Position numbers and translations under genes: made by a program. From the NCBI GenBank assembly GCA_036835325.1, contig DAITMF010000012.1:5479-69478 (forward strand): 64,000 nucleotides of DNA. Direction: 5' to 3'. Below are positions 10,056 to 18,700 of the stretch, piece by piece. This DNA comes from Flavobacteriales bacterium (GTDB lineage Bacteria > Bacteroidota > Bacteroidia > Flavobacteriales_D > Sanyastnellaceae). The first letter of the stretch is position 1; each line of letters begins with the position of its first letter. The notes under the pieces were generated by a model. The model did not search any database and had not been told where the DNA came from. It worked only from the letters and a program-made list of their open reading frames with translations.

Positions 10056-10809
10056 TGAATTTGCTTCCGAAGAAGAAGTTCACATAAAAAGTGAGAAAGA
10101 CTTGTTTGTTTCGTTCGATGATGTTTTCAGCCATGATTGGAATCTGGCGGGCATAAGCGTCAACCGCAAAGCCCACATCCAAACCTTTCAAGCGATCTTT
10201 CTCGTTGGAGTATTCAAAGTTAAACGCAAATTTAAAGAAGGCACCCGGATGAATGCTCAATTCGTTCAAACCATTCAACCCTGATGCTCGTCCGTAAATT
10301 GATTCATAGGTGTGTTCTGTTGGGTCGTAACGCTCCACTGCTAGGTACTCGTATGGAATTCTTGGGTAGCCTATCTCGAGGTAAATGGGTTTTGTGATGC
10401 CCAACGACGGGCCCGCATGCCACGTGTAACCCACCGAAACACCGCTGGTTCGCACCTTTTCTGTAATGACCTTTTTCACTCCGAATGAGGGCCGAACGAC
10501 AAAAAAGTTGTTCACCTTGCCGAACACATAGCTTCGTCCGTCTTCATATACCGGGTTGAAGCTTCGAATTTCTTTGTCGTGGCGCATCGTTAGTACTTCT
10601 CCGCCGAACAGCAGTACTTTCTTCACTCCCCGGAAGCGCCCTGCGTAGATGTAGGCGCCCAAACCATTTGTGTGCAAGATTCCACCTCCATGTACCTGTT
10701 TGCGGTAAATGACTGTGGGCTCATCGTACAAATCACCCAATGCGCTTTGGGCAGAGGCATCCTCTGTCATCCATCCAAGCAAAAAGAGCAAAACGAAAAG
10801 CCTGTACAT
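10048..10809 (-). CDS. hypothetical exported protein (possible outer-membrane beta-barrel)
   Basis: Signal peptide [22 protein letters not shown] from ATG 10809. Beta-strand-like alternating pattern and an aromatic-rich C-terminus (FFFGSKFNE). I recognise no family. Confidence 0.6.
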   Translation of the reverse strand: MYRLFVLLFLLGWMTEDASAQSALGDLYDEPTVIYRKQVHGGGILHTNGLGAYIYAGRFRGVKKVLLFGGEVLTMRHDKEIRSFNPVYEDGRSYVFGKVNNFFVVRPSFGVKKVITEKVRTSGVSVGYTWHAGPSLGITKPIYLEIGYPRIPYEYLAVERYDPTEHTYESIYGRASGLNGLNELSIHPGAFFKFAFNFEYSNEKDRLKGLDVGFAVDAYARQIPIMAENIIERNKQVFLTFYVNFFFGSKFNE

Positions 10810-10881
10810 TTGAGGGGTTTTAACGTTCCAATCTGTAAATATACAATATAACAACGCCCTTACCCTACAACGTGTTCACCC

Positions 10882-11286
10882 ATGAAGTTTGAAATCCACT
10901 ACCACGGCGAGTTGCGCACTGAAATCCGGCACGAAGGTTCAGGCGAACGAATTGCCACTGACGCACCTGTTGATAACAACGGACAAGGCAGGTTTTTCTC
11001 GCCAACTGACCTTACGGCATCGTCGTTGGCGGCGTGCATGATGACCTTGATTGGCATCACTGCGGCCAACCACAACATTGTGCTGCAAAACATGAAAGCC
11101 ACGGCTGAGAAAACCATGGCGTCAAATCCGCGCCGCATTGCGCAGATACATATATATATAGAACTGAGTGCCGAAGATCTTACCGATCGGCACAAATCAG
11201 TACTTGAAGCAGCCGCCCGAAATTGCCCGGTAGCGAAGAGCCTTCACCCCGACATTGAGCAGCGCCTAGACCTGCGCTTCAGTTAG
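10882..11286 (+). CDS. OsmC-family peroxiredoxin-like protein
   Basis: 134 aa with the two conserved Cys contexts SLAACMM and ARNCPVAKS typical of OsmC/Ohr. Confidence 0.8.
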   Translation: MKFEIHYHGELRTEIRHEGSGERIATDAPVDNNGQGRFFSPTDLTASSLAACMMTLIGITAANHNIVLQNMKATAEKTMASNPRRIAQIHIYIELSAEDLTDRHKSVLEAAARNCPVAKSLHPDIEQRLDLRFS

Positions 11287-11410
11287 GCTGAGCTTCGCTC
11301 TCCAACTCTACATTGCTATACGCAGCGCAGGTTTGCTTTTGCGGTGTGCACGAGGCAAATACTGTAGTGATTGCAACAAAGAGGAGAATCAGGCCGAATG
11401 CTTTTTTCAT
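11279..11410 (-). CDS. candidate 43-aa lipoprotein (small ORF below the track cutoff)
   Basis: Hand translation: MKKAFGLILLFVAITTVFASCTPQKQTCAAYSNVELESEAQPN*. It has a classic n-region, h-region and lipobox (FASC). Confidence 0.4.
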   Translation of the reverse strand: MKKAFGLILLFVAITTVFASCTPQKQTCAAYSNVELESEAQPN

Positions 11411-11489
11411 TGTTTCAGGTATTAATCATACTATCGTAGATGCGAAAGTTGTTCATTCTACAGTTACTGTTTACGACGAGAATTGAGAT

Positions 11490-13181
11490 TTGTTTCACGG
11501 GGTTATCCACAATAGCACTCAATCATTGAACGCGGCCTGTAGGGCGGGTATTGCCGCTTGCACCCGATTTTTTCTAGCCGCGACGGCCATTTTTTGGGGT
11601 GGTGTTTCAACCGCGCAGGTGCTGATTGTGCAAGCCAAGGGCGATACTGTGATGATTTTTCAGGGGATGGATGGACGTGCCCTTCGCGACTCTTTGCGAA
11701 GTTTTCACGTCGAAGCCCATCGCTCAGGCTTTCTTCAATCGCGCACTGACTCGTTAAGCACCCAAGGCGATACCTTAACCGCTTTTGTTAACCGCGGAAT
11801 GCGTTTTGGAGCTGTAGTATCGACCGAGAAAAAGGGTGCAGGGCGCATCGATTCCCTTAATGAAGCCGCCCTTTCGCTGATTGGAGGAATCTACCTTAAA
11901 CCACTTGAAGACAACGGCTATCCGTTTGCTTCGGCACTGTTAACTGCCGAGTTGGCCAACGATAGCACAATGGCGTTCTCGGCAACGACCGAACGAGGGC
12001 CGTTCATCGAGTTTGACAGCTTAATCATCCGCTCTGAAAAACCCTTCAGTCGCGCGGCTTTGGGTCAATACTATCAAATCCGGAAAGGTCGTCCGTACAG
12101 CGAATCCATCCTGCAAAGCATCCCCAAAAAAACCAAAGAATTGAACTATGCCCGCATGGGGCAAGCCCCACAGGTGGTTTTTAAAGAAGGGAAAGCTGAC
12201 GTTTACCTTTGGCTTGACGACGTGAAAGCGAGCCGATTCGATGGTATCATCGGATTTCAGCCAGATGCTGCCACTGGCAGACCGGTATTCACCGGCGACT
12301 TATCGTTGTACCTTGAAAACGCTCTCAGACGGAGTGAGCAAATTGAATTCCAATGGCGGCGCTTGCAAGAGCAAACTCAGAACTTGAAGCTCACGGCGAG
12401 CCTGCCCTACTTGCTTCAAACCCGACTGGGGATTTGGGGCGGAGTTGAACTGTACCGACGCGACAGCACCTTCAGCACCTCCGATGTAGATCTTGCGTTG
12501 GGTTACCTCATTGGCGCTGACCGCTACTTGCGCACCTTCATTGAACGCTGGAGTTCGAATGCCCTGCGGGATGGTGTTGCCGGCGTCGACAACGTTTCAC
12601 TGCGTCGCTACGGGGTTGCCCTACGCCTGTTTGAACTCGATGATTTCGATAACCCGATGCGAGGATCGCTGATCAACACTGAATTGGGCGCCGGCCTCAA
12701 AGACCTCACTCCGGCAAGCGACCTTGGGGAAACCATACGCGTAAGTCAATACTCAGGCACGCTGACAGGCGGTGTTTGGATGCCATTGGCATCGCGTTGG
12801 TCGTTGGTGATGCGCGTAAATGCCGGGTTCAAAGCTGATTCGACCTTGCGGCTCAATGAGCATTACCGCATTGGCGGCTTGACCTCGCTGCGCGGGTTCG
12901 ATGAAGAATCAATTTTCGCACGCAGCTATTCAATTGGCACCTTGGAACTGAAATACCGCTTAGACCGAAAGTCAGCAGTGCTGGCGTTTCTCGACCAAGG
13001 ATGGTACGACCGCATTGCCGACGGAAGTGTTTCAGACACCCCTTTTGGTTTTGGTGTTGGGGCGCTAATTGGCACTGAAAACAGTACCTTTAGAATCTTT
13101 TATGCACTTGGCCGAGAACAGAACAACCCTGTGCTTGTCAGAAATGGCAAAGTGCACTTTGGATTCATCAACCGTTTTTGA
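11490..13181 (+). CDS. Omp85/BamA-family outer-membrane beta-barrel protein (surface antigen D15-like)
   Basis: 563 aa. The C-terminal barrel carries GGLTSLRGFDE and ends ...KVHFGFINRF (terminal Phe beta-signal). The start is uncertain: TTG 11490 or TTG 11526, ahead of the signal-like FFLAATAIFWGGVSTAQ. Confidence 0.7.
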   Translation: MFHGVIHNSTQSLNAACRAGIAACTRFFLAATAIFWGGVSTAQVLIVQAKGDTVMIFQGMDGRALRDSLRSFHVEAHRSGFLQSRTDSLSTQGDTLTAFVNRGMRFGAVVSTEKKGAGRIDSLNEAALSLIGGIYLKPLEDNGYPFASALLTAELANDSTMAFSATTERGPFIEFDSLIIRSEKPFSRAALGQYYQIRKGRPYSESILQSIPKKTKELNYARMGQAPQVVFKEGKADVYLWLDDVKASRFDGIIGFQPDAATGRPVFTGDLSLYLENALRRSEQIEFQWRRLQEQTQNLKLTASLPYLLQTRLGIWGGVELYRRDSTFSTSDVDLALGYLIGADRYLRTFIERWSSNALRDGVAGVDNVSLRRYGVALRLFELDDFDNPMRGSLINTELGAGLKDLTPASDLGETIRVSQYSGTLTGGVWMPLASRWSLVMRVNAGFKADSTLRLNEHYRIGGLTSLRGFDEESIFARSYSIGTLELKYRLDRKSAVLAFLDQGWYDRIADGSVSDTPFGFGVGALIGTENSTFRIFYALGREQNNPVLVRNGKVHFGFINRF

Positions 13182-14447
13182 ATGACGAACGATTTACGTA
13201 TCGGAATCGGCCTGTTGGCAATTTTCGCGCTTTTTGCAAGCGGCTGTTCCATTGGCGCCAGCAATCGCAGTGGGGCGGTTCAGCGAAACTACGATTGGGA
13301 GTCGCGCAGTTTGCATCCCGAATTCATGGTGTACCATCACCGCGATGACAGCAGTGAGTTTTGGATTAAGCTTCGGTCATCGGAGTTGCTACATGCCCGT
13401 AAGGCGCCTGAATCTCCGTTTGAAGGTCACCTTGATTGTACGGTTCGCGTACAGAAATTCTCGGATGGTCAATTTGCTGACATCGACACGTTTACCGTTG
13501 CGCTGCACGATGTTGAAGCAGCGTCAGACCAGCGTTTTATTCTGAAAAAGACCGCCTTTGCATTGCAAACAGAGGCTGTTTACCGCTTACTGGTTAAAGC
13601 AACGGATGTAAACCGTCGAACGGATGAGACGGGCTTGGTAGAGGTTGTGAAGGCTCCTTTTTCAACGCGGCAAGATTACCTCATTTTCGAGGCTGATGCC
13701 CAAGCACCCCTGTTTGGAGACGATATTCGCGAAGGTAGCCGACTGCGGCTTGAAACGGCGCGTGGTGAACTTTTGCTGAGGCAAACAGTTTGGGACCCCG
13801 GTTGGAAACTCCCGCCACCGCCCTTTACCGACGGGCAGCCAGAGACGCCTCAATTGCCGACCACGCTTGGCTCCACTTTTATGTCGAACGGTACAGGCAT
13901 ACAGGCCACGGGCCCACTGCTTTCGGTGACAACCAATGCAGGAGCGCATGTATTCACTTTGCGTGTTCACCAAAGCAGTTACCCTGAGGTAAGTTCATTG
14001 ACCGACATGATTGAAAGCTTGCGGTACATCAGTTCGCGCCGCGAGCACGAAAAAATGAACGAGAGCAAGAACGGCAAACGGGAGTTGGATGCCTTTTGGC
14101 TCGACTGCGGCGGAAGCAAAGACAGAACGCGTGAACTGATAAGAATTTACTACGGTCGGGTTGAAGAAGCAAATCGCCAATTCAGTTCATTTGCGGAGGG
14201 ATGGAAAACCGATCGAGGCTTGGTTCATATCGTTTTCGGAAATCCGGCAAGGATTTTGATGGAGGCTACAGAAGAGGTTTGGATCTACGGCGATGAAAAC
14301 TCGGTTTCATCGGTTCGCTTCGTGTTTGAACGCATTGCAACGCCCGTGACATCAAACCACTACATATTAAAACGAAACTTTATGTACAGAACCGATTGGG
14401 ACCGTTCTGTCACGTATTGGCGCAACGGACGAATCTTCCAAGAATGA
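13182..14447 (+). CDS. GWxTD domain-containing lipoprotein
   Basis: Lipobox LFASGCS and a C-terminal GWKTDRGLVHIVFGNP motif. The ATG directly abuts the upstream TGA. Confidence 0.75.
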   Translation: MTNDLRIGIGLLAIFALFASGCSIGASNRSGAVQRNYDWESRSLHPEFMVYHHRDDSSEFWIKLRSSELLHARKAPESPFEGHLDCTVRVQKFSDGQFADIDTFTVALHDVEAASDQRFILKKTAFALQTEAVYRLLVKATDVNRRTDETGLVEVVKAPFSTRQDYLIFEADAQAPLFGDDIREGSRLRLETARGELLLRQTVWDPGWKLPPPPFTDGQPETPQLPTTLGSTFMSNGTGIQATGPLLSVTTNAGAHVFTLRVHQSSYPEVSSLTDMIESLRYISSRREHEKMNESKNGKRELDAFWLDCGGSKDRTRELIRIYYGRVEEANRQFSSFAEGWKTDRGLVHIVFGNPARILMEATEEVWIYGDENSVSSVRFVFERIATPVTSNHYILKRNFMYRTDWDRSVTYWRNGRIFQE

Positions 14448-15187
14448 AGAACAGCATAGTATTTGGATGGCATCCTGTTTTGGAAGCCCTAGAAGGAGGG
14501 CAAGATTTGCAGAAAATCTTCATCCTGCGAGGCGTAAAAAGCGAGCGTCAGGGTCAATGCCTCGCTCTAGCAAAAGAACGCGATGTACCCGTGCAGTTTG
14601 TACCTCCGGAGAAGCTTGATCGCTTGACGCGTAAAAACCACCAAGGCGTAGTAGCATTTTTGTCACCGGTTGAATTCGCTGATTTGTCAAACCTACTGTA
14701 CCAGTTGTTTTCCGATGGCCAAACACCACGTATGATTGCTTTAGACGGAATCACAGACGTTGGCAATTTTGGCGCCATTTGCCGCTCGGCTGAGGGCTTG
14801 GGTTTTCATGGAGTGGTGATTCCTTCAACGGGCTCGGCTCCGATGAGCGAAGATGCTGTCAAGACTTCATCAGGCGCCTTGCTCCGCTTACCTGTGTGCA
14901 GGGTTGTCAATTTCGGGAAAGCATTGGATGAGCTGAAGAAATCGGGCATTCAACTCATTGGAATGACGGAAAAAGCGAGCGACGATTTATCGTCTGTCAT
15001 GGTTGATGGGCCGCTGTGTTTGGTCATGGGGAATGAAGAAACCGGGCTATCTAGGGATTCGCTGCGATTGTGTGATCGCTTGGTTCGAATACCCATGGCC
15101 GCTGAGATGGGCTCACTGAACGTTTCGGTAGCCGCCGGCATAGGCATGTACAGCCTCTCTAATGGAAATAAAAAGGCCATACACTAA
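14444..15187 (+). CDS. rlmB: 23S rRNA (guanosine-2'-O)-methyltransferase, RlmB/TrmH family
   Basis: SpoU/TrmH motifs GNFGAICRSA, LVMGNEETGL and IPMAAEMGSLNVSVAAGI. The start at ATG 14444 (MKNSIVFGWHPVLEAL) forms an ATGA overlap with the GWxTD gene. Confidence 0.85.
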   Translation: MKNSIVFGWHPVLEALEGGQDLQKIFILRGVKSERQGQCLALAKERDVPVQFVPPEKLDRLTRKNHQGVVAFLSPVEFADLSNLLYQLFSDGQTPRMIALDGITDVGNFGAICRSAEGLGFHGVVIPSTGSAPMSEDAVKTSSGALLRLPVCRVVNFGKALDELKKSGIQLIGMTEKASDDLSSVMVDGPLCLVMGNEETGLSRDSLRLCDRLVRIPMAAEMGSLNVSVAAGIGMYSLSNGNKKAIH

Positions 15188-15287
15188 GTCTACATCAATT
15201 GTTCACAAAATACCTTTCAAACGGAGTCATTTTTCGCATATTTGCATAGATTTAACGGGACTAACTCCCAACTAAACACAACCTGTC

Positions 15288-15680
15288 ATGCACGGTTTTT
15301 ACCCTCTAAAATTCGTCTCACGAAAACTGCGGCTACCACTTACTTTGGCAGTGGCCGTGTTGGCTTTGGGATGGAGCCAAGCCTCGGCACAGTCAACCGG
15401 AACCACTTTTCTGGTTGTTGAAGTGAATGGTTTAACTCCTCAATCGTACGCCGACATTCATTTCGCTTTTGCAGATGACACCTCAGTGCTCATTGAGCGG
15501 TCGTGTGTGCCTGCCGGAGTGATTTTGTTTCGTCGGTTAGCAACCAATGCCACCTTCGAATCGGTTAGAAACCGAATCATTTCTGCCGGAGTACCGGCGA
15601 ACGCTGTCAAGCCCACCGAGCTAAATGCCGCCGGCTTTGATCAACGTTGTGCGAACGCCCGTATCGGCCGCACCCAGTAA
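15288..15680 (+). CDS. hypothetical small secreted protein
   Basis: 130 aa. The signal peptide ends LGWSQASA-QS and the mature part (~95 aa) has two Cys. I recognise no family. Confidence 0.5.
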   Translation: MHGFYPLKFVSRKLRLPLTLAVAVLALGWSQASAQSTGTTFLVVEVNGLTPQSYADIHFAFADDTSVLIERSCVPAGVILFRRLATNATFESVRNRIISAGVPANAVKPTELNAAGFDQRCANARIGRTQ

Positions 15681-15711
15681 GGAAAGTTTTCACCCAAACC
15701 AAAATTGCTTT

Positions 15712-18700
15712 ATGAAGGATTTTACCTTCTCCAGAATCTTAGGATTTCTGGCTGCACTCTTCGCAGGGCTACAGGGCTACTCACAATTGGCCCTCGACTT
15801 TGCCCAAACACCGGAGCAAATGGCGCAGAACCTCGTAGGGGTCGGCGTCGAAATTTTCAACGTTCAGGTCACAGCAGCCGATGGCAGCTACGCCTATTAT
15901 ACCTCAACCGGCACTGAAATTGGCACAAGTCAAGGTATCCTTTTGACCACAGGTCAGGCTATCAACGCTATTGGTCCGAACGACGAAACCGGGCTTCCTC
16001 AATTAAGCGGAACAACCTGTTTGAATTGCGACCTGTACGACAACGGCTTCCCCGGAAGCCCCTTGTTGACTATCGCCAATGGTGGTCTCAATACATTTGA
16101 CGCAACCACCTTCGAATTTGACGTTGTGCCACAAGGGGATAGCATCAGTTTTGATTTCATCTTTGCCAGCGAGGAGTACCTCGAATGGGTCGGCTCTTCG
16201 TTCAATGACGTTTTCGGGTTCTTTGTTTCGGGACCAAACGTTGGTGTTGATGTGAACATTGCTTTGATTCCAGGGACCTCTGACCCTGTGGCAATCAACT
16301 CGGTAAACCACATCACCAATACCCAGTACTTCTTCCACAATGAAAACCCGCCCGGGCAAGGTATTCAGTACGATGGTTTCACAACCGGACTTACGGCATC
16401 CATCGGTAACTTGGAACCCTGTGAGGTATACCACATCAAACTGATCATCGCTGACGGTTCTGACCGCCTTTATGACTCGGCTGTTTTTGTGGGGCAGTTG
16501 AACTCAAATCCGATTACCATCACAACCAGCACCGTTGGAGGTACTGAGTTCATGGTGGAGGGGTGCAATGACGGAACGGTTCAATTCACGAGCACTTTTG
16601 TGCCCAACGCTGATTTGCCGGTTAATTTCACCCTGACCGGTGACGCAGTTTTCGGTGTTGACTACACGACTGACCCTGACTTAAACCTGTTCTACGACGC
16701 CGTTAATGATTTCTACACCTTGTTTATTCCCGCAGGGCAAACATCCGTATCGTTTGATATTCTCCCTATCGGGGATGGCTTGCCCGAGGGACAAGAAACC
16801 ATCACGATTCAAATTGTTGATCAGTTGTGCGAAGGATTCCTTTTCCAAAGCTCTGTAGATTTCAACATCATCGATGAGATCGAGGTCAGCATTGACCCAG
16901 CGTCATCGACGATTTGCAATGGTCAGTGTGTCACCTTAACGGGCACGGCGCTGACAGATGGAAGCGCTTCATTTGCTTGGGATCCGTCAACAGCCGTGAG
17001 TGACCCGTTGTCACTGGTTGTGGAAGTATGTCCGACAACCACTACAACCTACACTTTGACGTCCACTTTAGCGAACTGTGAGGTAAGTGCTTCAGCCACC
17101 GTAACCGTCACAGAGCCCACCATCACCTTTGACGTGACCAACATTACATGCATTGATGGCAGCAGCGGTGAAATCCGTCCGTCCATATTCAATGCCACAC
17201 CTCCATACACTTACAACTGGACTTTCAATGGCAATCCGATTTCTACATCTGAAGAATTGATTGGCGTTTCTGAAGGCACCTATTGCTTGACCATTGTTGA
17301 TTCGGAAGGATGCACCACAACCGCTTGCACCGATGTTATTGAAGACCAAGTATTGACCATCGTTGATTTTGAGTTTTCGCAGTACACCTGTTCAGCGATT
17401 AGCTGCAACGGTGCGTCTGACGGTTCAATCACCATCGATGTTGAGGGAGGAACAGGGGCATACACCTATTCATGGACGGATGCAGGCAATAACCCCATTG
17501 CAGGCGACGCTACGGCCAACAACCTTCAGGCTGGTACCTACACAGTGACAGTCACCGACGATTTGGGCTGTGAGGTCACCGGTGTTTACACCCTTGTTGA
17601 ACCCACTCCACTCGACATTGAAGTTGTTGGAACGGTTGACATTCTTTGCTCGGGTGAAGAAACCGGTGTCGCGACAGTTACGAGCACAGGAGGATGTTCA
17701 CCCTATTTTTACAACTGGAGCCATAACGCGAATCTCACCACGCCGGTGGCTACAGGTTTGGGAGCCGGGGTATATGAAGTTTCAGTGACCGATGCCAACG
17801 GCTGTACCAGCGCTGGCACCGTTACTATTGTTATCAATGAACCGGGAGCCCCTGTGAGTGTCACTGTTGATTCGGTGACTTCTTACCCCGGTGGCTTCAA
17901 TGTATCATGTCCGGACGCTGAAGATGGCGGCATAGAAATCACCGTTGCCGGTGGAATACCGGGGTACTTCTACCAGTGGACGCACGTGCAAACGGGCGAC
18001 ACCTACTTTACTGAAGATCTTACGGGTGTTCCTTGTGGAACCTACAACTTGGTAGTGACCGATTCTAACGATTGCATCGCTCAAGAAACGGTTGTTCTTA
18101 CCTGTGTACCCGATTGGACGGTAAGCGCGGATATCACTCCGAACCCTTGCGGCGCACCAAATGCCGGACTGGGCGAAATCACACTCACCATTGGCGGTAG
18201 CCACGGCGGACCTTACACGGTTGACTGGACAGGGCCAAGTTGCCCATGCACCGGTGACGCCATTACCGGTCTAGACTCAGGCACTTACACGGCAACCATT
18301 ACCGATGTTTTGGGATGCACCTTCGTGCAGAACTTCTCAGTTGGAACAAACGACGCCTTCGTTGTGACTGCCAACATTACACCCGCTGACTGTGGCAATG
18401 CCTGCTCAGGAGCGATTGATCTTACAATCACACCTTCAGAGGTCGACTTGATTGTTTGGTCGGGTCCGAATGGTTTCACTTCGAACGATGCCGATATCAC
18501 CGGTCTTTGTGCCGGCGTTTATGAGGTAACCATCACCGATGCCGATTGTGAAGAGACCTTTACTTACGTAGTAAGCGAACCGGAGCCCATTGTTGTAGAA
18601 TTCATTGACGTTGTTCCACCGATTTGTTTCGGACAGAACAACGGTTCAGTGACTGCAACCGCAACCGGTGGCAGCGGTGTTTACACCTTTGAATGGCTGC

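Noticed and set aside
11148-11162. Short (TA)n run inside the OsmC gene
   Set aside because: Only about 5 units, in-frame coding for IHIYI. Too short to call a microsatellite or contingency locus.
15625-15711. Upstream extension of the adhesin ORF
   Set aside because: It overlaps the 15288-15680 ORF and precedes the obvious signal peptide, which starts at ATG 15712.
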